DNA of 36,018 nt from Hyphochytrium catenoides (Eukaryota > Protista > Hyphochytriomycota): assembly GCA_900088475.1 (NCBI GenBank), contig FLMG01004710.1:1-36018 (forward strand). The letters run 5' to 3'. Within the stretch, counting starts at the first letter, position 1. Each line of letters starts with the position of its first letter. A model generated the notes under the pieces. That model made no database searches and had not been told where the DNA came from. It worked only from the letters and a program-made list of their open reading frames with translations. Of the stretch, positions 1 through 11,287 are shown piece by piece. The position numbers and the translations under genes were made by a program.

Positions 1-175
1 AGAGAGAGAGAGAGAGAAAGAGACACCATGGTTTAGGGGAAAAGATCCTTGTGGGCACAATGATTTCTTCTTACTACTCTTCCTATCAATGCTTAGATAA
101 CCACTATTGGAAAGACATTGGCCGTACTATTATGACCACAGCATTTGGTGTCCAGTGCCCTCGAATATCATCACT

Positions 176-814
176 CTATTGTGAAACCGAGCCAAAATAA
201 TACGCCCGGATCTTCCATATCGTACGCCTTAATAGAGTACCGGTAAGTAGTAATATCACACTTCAAGGCTGAAAATAACCACCAAATTTCGTTCTACTCC
301 GTAAATACGCACTCGGTATCCTCAGGAAAAGGGATGCCGTTATGGGCCTCTTCGTTGTATCTAAGGGTAACAGAAAGCGATCGAATATCGGAGCTCTCCT
401 GACTTACAATGTAACAATGGTGTTTCAAGAACTACCTTACCGATAATAACGGCCAATGAAAGACGGCCAATCTATCCCACCTGAAGACCTATAAAATCTC
501 TTCACAAAGACAGACCGCCAGTTGATGGCCAACTACAATGTGAGACGATGAGTGCTTTTCTGCTGGTGTTTTAGCTGATTGCTTGGCTCTCTCTCTCCAA
601 AGAGTCCTCTGCCGTCCTGCTGCATGATGATGAAAGAACAGAAGAAGAGCCGTCTGGCGCCTCAGTCGTTCTCAATGACTTACAAGCCTCCATCATAAGG
701 CCAACTCTTTTCCCCGTCGGTTGTGATCTTCTTGTGTTCACCGATCGACGCGACAGCACTCAAAATGCCGCCCACAACGAACCACGTAGACCACGAAGCA
801 GCTAGACGCTGCAC
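176..814 (-). CDS. Tentative multi-exon hypothetical protein, 3' part (exons 814-684, 488-441, 360-313, 227-176; 5' end not found)
   Basis: Phase-compatible GT-AG junctions (donors GTAAGT, GTAAGG, GTGCGT) join into VQRLAASWSTWFVVGGILSAVASIGEHKKITTDGEKSWPYDGGLSSGGIDWPSFIGRYYRYNEEAHNGIPFPEDTERTIWKIRAYYFGSVSQ*. The last acceptor (AAG) is uncertain; no family recognised. Confidence 0.4.
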
Positions 815-981
815 CTAACCACAATATCCGCGCTTTCTTTTCTCCTCCAATGATATCTTTTCCTGCAAGTGTCATTAACCTTGCCACTTCTTACTACTAT
901 TGTCTACGCAAACTCAACAACAACGTCCTAGTTCCTTACGTCCTCACGTTGTGGAGTGAAAGAGAACCATTGACAGGCAAT

Positions 982-1059
982 CATCTAGACCTTCTGTTTA
1001 AAAAGGTTTCGAAAGGCGCGCATCTAGACCTTCTGTCAATAAAGGTTTCGAAAGGCGCG
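982..1059. repeat. 39-bp tandem duplication (2 near-identical copies)
   Basis: catctagaccttctgtttaaaaaggtttcgaaaggcgcg followed directly by catctagaccttctgtcaataaaggtttcgaaaggcgcg; each copy contains the palindrome TTTCGAAA. Confidence 0.9.
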
Positions 1060-1200
1060 ATTTCACGATAAGAGCTAAACATCTAGCTTGGTCCAGAAGA
1101 AAGAATATCTTTTGATGAGACTTATTGCCTTCTCCAGCACCGTTGTCCTTGAAATGCGACTTCTGCTTTATAAATTGCGAACGAGGAAGACCTACCATAT

Positions 1201-1470
1201 ACAAGAGTAGTTAAGAGAGTTACAAGCTATCATGATGTGTGTAAGGAGGAAGAAAGCCATTACCAGGAGAGCAATTAAGATAAACATAAGCAAAGTTAGA
1301 TAAGAGTGTACAAGCAAATATGATGGTGGGTCTAGAAGGAGGAAGAAAGGCATGACAGAGAGAGTAAACTAGATAAACATAGACAAAGTAGATAAGAGAG
1401 TAGAAGCTGTTCTGATATGTCTAAAGGAGGAAGAAAGGCATGAAGACTATAGTATTGAGACGAACAATAG
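1201..1470. repeat. Degenerate ~90-bp minisatellite, about 3 copies
   Basis: Blocks caaagtagataagagagtacaagc...tgat...aaggaggaagaaaggcat...agataaacata recur starting near 1201, 1291 and 1384, with substitutions and indels. Confidence 0.8.
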
Positions 1471-2492
1471 GAACTGTCCACCAGCTAAAGCCCTTCGTAA
1501 GCGTTCCCATCCTTTGGCTTGTAGACTCTAAGATGATGCTGAGAAGTGAAGGAAAAAGAATCTAAGCGAAACATGGAGAAGAAGGAAAAGAGGAGCAAGA
1601 CCACATTCTTTGGCTTAGCTCCCATTGCCGGAGGAAGGAAGCATCATAATGTGCTTCCTTAGAACTAACTTCCCGTCTATATAAAGGAACAAAAGAAGAA
1701 GACCTGCCTCTTTTTATGGATCTTCATCATCATTTGGAGAAGAAGAAACTTCCGCATACACACAACTTGGTAATTGTTTTCCATTATTTCACAACGATAC
1801 TTCCTTTCAAAAAAGGTTTCATTAATGTTATCACCCATTTTTAACGTAAACTTCCATACCTCCATAAATGAAAGCTTCGGTTAGGACTTTGGTGTCCGAC
1901 CGGTAACGACCAGTAACTTTCCTGAATTTCACGGACCAAGACAGAGAACGACTCGTCTGACAGCCAGAGCTTAACCCAAGATACCCAGCATATAGCGCTT
2001 TAGTATAGTAAGGCTAGTAATGCGAGCTACAATAGAGATGCGGCAGCTCGCCCTAAGAGATACAGCTTACACCTCTGTTCAGAAGCCATCCAAGGGACAA
2101 CGACAAGGCTTCAGGACCCAGAGGCGATTTCGCAAAGGAAGAGAACGATCGGGCGTGAATCTCCCAGATCAGCGCCGTCCAGACAGAGATTCTGGAGTTC
2201 TCTGTGGGTCCATCTGTAAGCCAGCAAGCCCGAGAGTGTGGGCTTTGGGCTACCGTTCACTGGATCTCATTGATTAAGAGTAGGCGGCAAGAGTGAGGGT
2301 AGAAGACGTGCCAAAAGTGGCTACATAGAGCAAGCACTGTCCTCTCATCTGCTTTCTGTCTTCGTTCTCCTGGAATACCATCTGAGCTGCCCTACCTGGC
2401 AGCTAGTAAAGCTCTGACAGAAACCTAGACCCCTAGACTTTGAGACGGAGAATTCGTGTGTCTTCTAGCAGCGATCTCTCTCACAGTTTGCC

Positions 2493-5400
2493 ATGAGCAA
2501 CGAGGAAAAAGGGCCAGACAAAGCGCGAGCTTTGAGTCAGTATGGCGGAATTTTCTCTTCCATCAAGGGACTCGATTTGGATGATAGTAAGGCTTTGATG
2601 CTGCTTGCAGAGCAGTTTCAAGCCAAGAAGGTACACTTCCATCTCTATTACTTACAACGCGCTGCCTGCATTGCTCGTAACTGTTGCTTTGCTTGTCCAG
2701 GTCTTCCGGTTCGCCTTGACGGCTGTCTCGCGTATCTTAGTTGCTCTTTCCCTATATGCCTGTACCATCGCCATGCCCTCTCCTCCGCACATTCCAGTTA
2801 ATTAGCTACATAATTTCTTACGTGCTCCAACTGGCTGTCAAACAGAGCAAAGTCCTTCGGCGTGGTCGGCACTGGCCCCACTTGTGGATCAAGGAATACT
2901 TAGTACTGGAGCAGGACGTCCTCATGACCTTTGGCTCAGAGGAGAGTCATGGCGATAGCAGAGAGCCACATATAAAAGTCCTTCTCTCCTCGTTATCGCG
3001 CGTAGTTCCTAGCAATCGGTACATCCTTACTTCCGTAGTGCATGACACTCTTTGGTTATGACCCTCAGCTCTCCTCTTCTTACAGTTGTGCTCGTCTCCT
3101 TTTGCGGATAGTTGACGGTCACTGGTCTTCTTTCTTCTGCTCTCTCTTCGACTGCCTTTGTCCTATCTTTCTCCCGCCTGTCAAGGCTCATCCTGCGTCT
3201 GCCTTCTCCCTTCCTGTTACTGCTACTCCTAATATGCGTATGCTGAATAGAGGAGCGCACACTTTTCAGCTCACAGCTGGCCTAGAGACTCTGCACATCA
3301 AATGCCCCTCTGCCTCTGAATGCTGGCTCTGGATGGAAGCGATTGCTAACAACATCAGGGTTATCCAATCCTTTGAGAAATATGCTAGAGAGAGCAGGGG
3401 AGAAGTACCCGGCGCAACGGTGATGCTGGATGACTCTCCCGCTATGAGAGATACGAAGTATGTGGGCGAAGATCTAAGAAAGGTAATCCACTATCCTTAT
3501 GACCTTTTATGGAACGTCATGGGTTCTTTCATAGTCCTGGGCTCCTTCTCCTATGAGACCATTTCGCTCTTTCGTCTCTCCGGCTGCCTCTTCATGAAGA
3601 TGGCTAGCTTCCTCCACGCAAAATCTCCCTACGTCGTCCTTGGGCTTAACTCCTCCGTTCAGGTTTATTCTTCGTCCAATACTTCATCTATGGTCATTGC
3701 TTTTCCCGTATTCTTCTTGGCGATTCGATTAAGTGAGAAGGACTTCTTCTGTATTCTCTTCTCTGCTTCTTGGGTCCTTAGCGTGGCTGGTGGCGCATCA
3801 ACCCTCCAGTGGCCACAACCATGGAGGCTGAGATTCAGAAAGGAGCGAATATTTTGGAGCAATTCCTCAACCCGGCGCTGGGACCCGAGAGAACGGTTCC
3901 AAGGAAGATCTTGCAAAATGCACAAGGTTCGACACGTTCATCCGAATGTCATGATGGAGTGAGAAAAGAGTGAGATGTGGAATGACAGTTTTACTCTTGG
4001 AGATCTCATTGTATCAAATTGAACTGAGTAGAAAAGAAGGAGCGGAACACGTTGATTGTCAGCCCAGGCGATAGCGATGCATGGAACGCATTGCATGACA
4101 AATTACGTCTCGCCCCTTGTGGTTCTCTAGGCTTGGTGCTATTGACAATTTTGAAAGCCGGCTTCATGATCGGCGGCTCCCTGGGCACTGGTCTGGTGTT
4201 AGCTCGCCTCGACAACGGCACGTGGTCTGCTCCTTCGGCTGTGGCAAGCACAAGCCTCAGCTTAGGCATACAGGTGGGCGGCTTTTTATCGCTTGCCACA
4301 GCTTTTCTCCCTCTCTCCCTATCTGTCGCTCTCTTTCTCTCCCTCTCTTCAGGACAAACGTTTCTGCCTTTCAACTTTCTCTCCCTTCTCTGGACCCTCT
4401 CCCTTTTGTCTGCCTCCTTTGTGCGGATCACTAGGCGAAAAATTTAGCTCCTCTCTCCTCTATCCTCCATTGATGGTCCTTCCATTGAACCCAACAAAGT
4501 TCACCTCTTGGCTTCCTTGCACAGGGTGGTGCAGAGATCTGCGAGTTCATGATCGTGCTTAACTCCAAGGTTGTCGGCTGGCCGTTTTCTTTGCCAAAGT
4601 TCCCTTACCTATGCAATCGCAGATCTACCTAGACCGAGTTATCGGCTCTCTTTGTGCTTCCTTCTTGGGTCTATCTTGATATTACCATTGCTCCTTCACT
4701 GAATACGCACGATTGTCACTTCGTGGCGGGTACTTCAAAGTGGGTTTTCCTCTATGCTTGTCACCGGTGAGCATCCGCCACCGATATAGCTTTCTTTCAT
4801 GAACTCAAAGCACCGCACTTATATGACGTCGATCGGATTGTTTCACTTATTGCTGCTTCAACGCTTCCTTAGTCTGCCATCAAGAATCTAACCAAGGGTG
4901 GAAGCCTTACACTCGGAGCGGGCTTGGATTTGGCAATGGGCCCTTTGGGATCTGGTACTGCAGTGGGCCTGACTGCTGGAGTGGGAGGAGTGGTACCGAA
5001 CTACGTTTATGCCCAAGGAAAGGGCCTGTACGGAGGGCTCTCTCTCCAAGGTAAGGATTATTAGTGGTTGCTCGAACCGAATAGGGAGGGATTAGGGAGG
5101 ATGTGCCGGGAGGATCAAGAAAGAGGACGGGAAAGAGACTTCGGCGGCAAGAATTTCCCTCCCTCAAATTCATCTTCTTTGGAAGGGGCCTTCTCAATTG
5201 GTGAATGACGCATTATCTCTCTATATTTTCTCTACTTTCCTCCCAGGCACTGTCATAGCGGCCCGGAATAGTATCAACGAACAGTTCTATGGGCAGCGAG
5301 TGCCTGTAGAAAAGTTGTTGGATGGAACGATGCCTCCTGCCCCGGCATGCAACCCACTTTATAGAATCATAAACGTAGCACTAGGTATCAGTGAGGAAGA

Positions 5401-8400
5401 ATTCTCTAGAAGGTGGGACGGCTAGCTCTGCCAGATTGACCTGCTTTCAGTGCTTTTCAGCGTCACGGACATGTTCGGGCTTCAATGCTCAAAGCTAGCT
5501 CTCACATGCTTGCCTTACCCTATCACTTCGCTTAATTTCCTCTTCTCGTTGGTTCACTTATCCTCTTCTCTCCCACAGCCTTCCAGTAGTCTCATGCATA
5601 TCGAAAAGATCTTCTAACTCCGACCTTTTCTTCGTCTCTCGGCAGGCTGTCGCTATCCAGCGGGCCCCCTAGAATTCCTCCTCCTACGGATATGGTCCCG
5701 CAAACCCCGCCGCTGGTGAGCGTTGCTTGCTCTATTTTTTCTCTTGCCCACTTGGGTGTGGTGATCTCTCTTACCTCAGTCAACTTTAATCCCCTCAGTC
5801 CCCTCGCTGCTGGTGATCTCTCTTACCTCAGTCAACTTTAATCCCCTCAGTCCCCTCGCTGCTGCTGCCGCTTTACTTTGCAGCGGGAAGATCGCGTTCA
5901 TATGTCCTCTGAGTAGCCTCCGTCTGCTATACCTTTCCTTCTTTGGTCCTTCTATGCTGTTTTTCCAAAGAGGTAGATTTGCGTGGTAACGTCTCATCGC
6001 TCCTAACTTTGGGGTCCATCCAGCCTTCCGACGGGATACTCGAGCAAGGAGTAACCGGAGATATCGAGCCTCCCTCGAAGCCTATGGAGCTGATCTCCAC
6101 GCAGGATTCAATCACTCTCTACTGGCGCTGGGCAGGGCGAACGCTCAATCTTGCTAACAACGAACAGGTTGGATGCTCACTGTTCGTGAATTGAAGTGCG
6201 AACTAGTACCACGCTTAGTGCTAATATGTTTGTGTTAGGTTCTGTTCATCGTGCAATGGAAGAAGGCTAACGGAAGCGAGTGGATTCATATGAGATTTCC
6301 TGTCTCCGCCACCTCTGTTAAAAAGACTATGCTTGCAGCTGGTAAGTTTAAAGAGAGGCAAAATTGCAGCCGCCTGAAGAGCAATAAAGGGAGTTCTCTT
6401 GCCAACTTGAGATAGTTGAGATGTCTAAACAGAGGTTTACGGTCTCATGAAATTAGTCTCAACGGCAAGCGGGAAGGGAAAGAGGGAAACATGGCTCTAG
6501 TTAGCCGTTGGACCATCTACACTCTAATAATGACTGTCTCCGCTCTGTCTTGCAGACACGGAGTACATGTTCCGCGTCCGGGCACAATTGGGAGACAAGG
6601 TCTCCACGTGGTCTCCTCCTAGCGACGTCATTAGGACAACATCTCCGCTGAACATGCACTGGACGGATGCAGCCTCAGCCAAATCCCCTAACCTACTTGC
6701 CGAAGGTACCGGGTGTTGCCCACCGTTAATCGTGGAGCTGCTCTAGCTTATTGCCCCTAATCCTACGTCTTGTCGCTTATCGATATTTAGCCGAGTCCAA
6801 CCCTCGCTTGCCGGGACCACCTGAGGACTTGGTGGTTAAAGATATTGGGTCCACCCAGTTCACTATTGAATGGAAGGAGCCCAGGCACAAGGGAAGGAAT
6901 TGTCTGAAGATTGACTTTTATAGAGTTCAGTGGAAGAAGATAAAGGAGCTGAAGTGGGACAGCGATATCTGTATAGAGCAAAGGTGAGCGTATCATAAGA
7001 GGCGGTGACAGGCAAGAATGACCAGAGATAGGGGTGGGAGTTAGAAGGGTGCGAAGTTTGTAGGAGACAAAAAAACTAAGTTCATCTGCCCTAAGCGTTA
7101 TAGACAGTAGCAGGTACAACGGAGGACAAAGGCCCTCAGGAGGTGGTGAGAGACTGATGAGTCAGAAAAAGCTTCCTAGGAAGATGGAAGAGAAAAGAGA
7201 AAAGATGGTATAGCAGGGAAGGCTAAGTTTAGAATTTGGAGATAAGAAAGCAGCGAGTCTTTTGGCCATCCAAGCATTGACGCATGCTCTATCTTACCAC
7301 TCCCTCTCCTCGTTCATCGCAGCTTCACTGTGTCAGAGTTGGAGCCAGGGGAGATTTACGAGGTCCTAGTTATGTGCAAGAATAAGCACGGTACGTCCAC
7401 GAGGTCAACAATTTTAATCGCCCTCCACATCCTTTAGTTCCTGCTACCATCTTTATACTGCACACGTCCCTCTCGAGCTCCCACCTCGACCTCCCCAAAA
7501 CTGATTGAAGATCAGTTGAGCTAAGGACTTCTGCTCTCTCTCTCTTTGTTCTACTCTTAGGTTGGGGCAACCCCATACGCTCAGATATCATACCTCTTAG
7601 AACAGAAGAAGGAGGAACTACTGGAGAACCCTCCGCTCCTCCTGCTTCCCTTTTAGAAGACCCCAATCAGTTCATCGACTGGCTTGACGTCGACATCAAG
7701 GATATCAAGTTCGATGATCCCAAGAAAGTGTTAGGAAAGGGTGGCTATGGCGTTGTCTATCGCACAGCAGAAAAGGGCTTCTTAGGTTTGAAATCTTCCT
7801 CTTCCTGCTTCGCAACGCCTTTAAGTCCTGACTTTTCCAGCCTTGAGTTCATATCCGTACACCTCGCTTTCCCCACCCAGCTTTGCCCATAAGAAGGGCT
7901 CAAGAGTCATGTCGCCTTCTATCCCTTGCCGACAACTTCCTTCCTTTACCTTTCCTTTAGCGATCTGTGAGTGTGCGGACCTCTCGTCTCCCTTCCTGCC
8001 GGAATTTGGCGAAGTAGCATCTATCAATAATGGTCTGGCTCTCATATAGGCAAAACGGCGGCCGTTAAGGTGCTTCACACGCAGTTACATGGGGACGCTG
8101 ATGCCATGAAGGATATGAGGACGGAAGTTGCTCTTCTCTCCTCACTTCAGCATCCCAACCTGATAGAGGTGAGTTCTCTGCCAGGGTAACTAAGAGTCCA
8201 CTGACATAGTAGACCGGTAAAGAAGTAAAGGGAGGATATCTCGTTTAAACAGCCATCAGCCACTTCCTAGTCTATCACGGTGCTCATTGATAGGATGTAC
8301 AAGCTCTGACATGAGTTCGTATGTTAGCTCTATGGCGCGCGTCTGCGTCCGGACGCTTTCTTCATAGTTACCGAATATTGCGACGCGGGTTCGCTGTACA

Positions 8401-9522
8401 GTGCTATCTATGAGGTAGATTAGATGCGATAGAGCTTCTCACACTCCAACTCTTCCTGGCCTTCCCTCTCTGCCTTTGTTAAGCAGGAATCTCGCTTGTA
8501 TGCCTGCCAAAAGCTCCTGAACCTTTTCTAGGAGCATGTCACTCCTCCATCTTCTTTAAAGTCTATATGCCACCCGAGAGCTCCCTCATTGATCTCTTTT
8601 ATTCTATCGACTGTGCTTTTTAGAAAAAGCCTCTGTTGACCTTCATGGAGAAGCTGATGGTCCTGTATGAGACAGCAGAGGCGCTGGCCTATCTTCATTC
8701 CCAGTCTCCTCCCATCATTCATAGAGATATTAAGCCTCAGGTAAGGCTTGATTTTGTTTTCTCCCTCGCCAGATGGACTTTCTCAGCTGGATTGGCTCCT
8801 CGGTCTCTCTCAGTCCGTTTGCGTTCTTAGCTGCTTGATCTCTTGCACCGTCGAGAGACTCTATCTAGTAGTAGTCACTTGGCCAGCGAGCACTCTTCCG
8901 TACTCCATATAGAAAGACTTTCTTATGACGTAACTCGTGCCCATGGTACTAGAACATCCTGCTCTCAACCATGGATCCTCCTGCCGGACCGCTACGCTAT
9001 CGCACCAAGCTAGCTGACTTTGGGTTGTCGCGGGCGAGAGAGTTTTCGTGCCTGTACACTACCGTCGGTGGAACCTATGCTTATCTCTCTCCGGAGTCAT
9101 TTAGGTAAGAAAACCGGCCCAAGAGGTAAAGGGGGGCGAGAGCTTTCTGAGGGATTGGACAGGGAGACAGTGGGTGAGGGCAAAATGATGGAAGGAGGAA
9201 GGTCCGCTGGGCATAACAGGTCTTCTGTCTTCATTGCCATTAGTTCTTTCATTAACCATAGGATTGCTCTATCTCTATCTCTGGCTTGTCTTACTCTTAT
9301 GTCGGCCTCTCCCCACTGCATTCGCGTGTCCAACAACCAAACAGAGTCAATGCGTCTATCACTGAAAAGACGGACGTATACTCGTTCGGTGTGATGATGC
9401 TGGAGACTCTTACAGCCGTCGCTCCATGGAAAAACTGCGCGCCGCATCAGATCACAATGCTCGTCGCTGTAAAGGTCAGCCATGACTCACCGCCTTATCT
9501 GTCTGTCTGATTCTGGGAGAAG

Positions 9523-9558
<36 letters not shown>

Positions 9559-9965
9559 AAACAGTTGTCCTCGAACTCGTATATCGCCACTATGCCCTCT
9601 CCCATCTCCTGGTCTCCCATCTCCTGGTGTCTTAAGTTACTTCTTCTCCCAGAGTGTTCTTGCTTGAATGTCCTGGTCAGGAGGTGCCGCCGCAATGGCT
9701 CTATCATTCTTGAGCTTCTGTCCAGTCCCTCCCGCGCCACCCTATACTCCTTTCGCCTGGGACTGGATCTATGTCTATCCCTTTCTTCTCTCATCACTTG
9801 CCTACTCTCCTCCAGAAAGAACGGCCTCCCATCTCTCCTGCCGTTCCCGAGAGGTTGGCGAAGATTATCCGTGAGTGTTGGCAGGATGACGCAAACTCTA
9901 GGCCGTCACTAGATGATGTGGCCTCTAGACTGCAGGACTTCCTAGCTGAGATCGCACTATCATAG
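2493..9965 (+). CDS. Multidomain Ser/Thr protein kinase, PH + SYLF (Ysc84/SH3YL1, DUF500) + 2x fibronectin type III + TKL-like kinase; ~975 aa, 21 exons: 2493-2630, 2846-3018, 3251-3482, 3782-3926, 4131-4273, 4525-4569, 4873-5050, 5247-5412, 5646-5715, 6024-6167, 6239-6341, 6556-6705, 6791-6983, 7323-7390, 7561-7785, 8050-8168, 8328-8414, 8624-8740, 8953-9104, 9345-9474, 9816-9965
   Basis: All introns are GT-AG with matching phases (2928 nt in total). PH: [16 protein letters not shown]...[32 protein letters not shown]: [18 protein letters not shown]...[29 protein letters not shown]...[10 protein letters not shown]...[12 protein letters not shown]3: SITLYW...TEYMFRVRA and [24 protein letters not shown]...[11 protein letters not shown]. 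Kinase: [50 protein letters not shown]. Confidence 0.88.
5759..5863. repeat. Perfect 52-bp tandem duplication in kinase intron 9
   Basis: tggtgatctctcttacctcagtcaactttaatcccctcagtcccctcgctgc occurs at 5759 and again at 5811. Confidence 0.93.
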
Positions 9966-10286
9966 CGAATCGCCCAAGCAGCAGAGAGACATAGAGCCCA
10001 CAGATGAAGAGACAGACAGAGATATAAGCAACAACGTAGCTCAGCTTCAAAGATTATAGAGCTAAGCCAGAGCATAACAACTCTGTGCTAAAGACAGGCA
10101 TACTCGTCCTTCAGCAACCATCTTGGCCTTCGCTATTGCTCTTAACGATAAATGCTTCTTTCGCTCTCTCTCCTCTCATTTGATCTCGCATGTTCTCTCT
10201 CTCTCTCTCTCTCTCTCCCTCTCTCTCTCTCTTTCTTTCTTCCTTTTTGGTTTTGGTGATAGCTCTTTCACTCTATTCTTCTGGGC

Positions 10287-10942
10287 TTAGGCTGCTCGGG
10301 TCTTGATCGTGAGGCCATGCATGTCCTTAATTTCATCCTTCAGGACCTGGCAAAGGGAAGAGAAGATGAGGTGGAGAAAGTAAGGTAGAAGAAAGAGAGA
10401 ACACATTTGCAAGAGAGAGAGAGAGAAGGCATAGAAAAGATCTGATCGTTGGACCATGAAGGGCCAATCTAAAAGAAGAGAGAAGCTCAGAGTGAATGGT
10501 AGAGTGCTTCTCAAGCCAGATGAGTGGGCGAAGGGGACATATAGCCGGTAGCACCGGACTGAGTGAGATGGATGCAGGAGCAGGCAAGAAGAGTAAATAG
10601 GCCACGTGGTCGCAGAGATAGAGAAGAGGCGTGAACGGTCAGAGAAGGAGGGACAGATGGAGAGACAGAAAGAGGCAGGAAACGAGAGTGCTAGCGCAAT
10701 TAGAGCGTTAGGATATAGAAGAGAAAGGACTTCCAGAACTGACGTCTTTGACCATCCTATGCTGATCCAATAGTCCTTTCCCTGAGAACTTCGGTGACTC
10801 CACCTCAATCTTAAACATCGCGCCACAACCGCCTGGGGCAAAAGAGACAAACAGGAGAGAGAGAGTGAGAGAGAGCGTGGAAAGAGAGAGAGAGAGCGAG
10901 AGAGAAGGAGATGGAAGCACAGAGAGAGAGAGAGACAGAGAC

Positions 10943-10973
<31 letters not shown>

Positions 10974-11287
10974 GAGAGAGGGAGAGAGCAGGAGAGAGAG
11001 AGAGAGAGAGAGAAAGAGACCGTAAAGCACACTCGAAGAACTAAGCTGAGGACGATCGAGCGCTAGGAAAGAGAAGAAAAGTTGGGAAGGAGCCGACAAG
11101 GTGATCAATGTGGACCTGAGATATCAGCCACAGAAACTCTAGTTGCTTCTAACTTCGTTTGCAGCAGATCTTTCAGCTCTGCCTCGCGTTCTGAGAGCTC
11201 TGTGCTAAAGAATCGAGAAAGAGGGGTCCGAGCCTGACCCTTGAAGCCTCTGATGCTATGGGAGAGAGCTCGAGAGAGAGGATTCAT
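10287..11287 (-). CDS. BOLA3: BolA-family protein, BolA3/Aim1-type, probably mitochondrial; 106 aa; exons 11287-11116, 10832-10744, 10346-10287
   Basis: Spliced product MNPLSRALSHSIRGFKGQARTPLSRFFSTELSEREAELKDLLQTKLEATRVSVADISGGCGAMFKIEVESPKFSGKGLLDQHRMVKDVLKDEIKDMHGLTIKTRAA has the DISGGCG, F.G...L.QHRMV and HGL motifs, plus an Arg/Ser-rich, acid-free N-terminus like a presequence. Confidence 0.93.

Noticed and set aside
815-860. TAG reassignment (in-frame TAG upstream of the VQRL exon)
   Set aside because: The TAG is explained as a splice acceptor; none of the conserved exons in the window contains an internal TAG or TAA.
982-1470. CRISPR-like array
   Set aside because: The repeats are directly tandem without unique spacers, there are no cas genes, and the context is eukaryotic.
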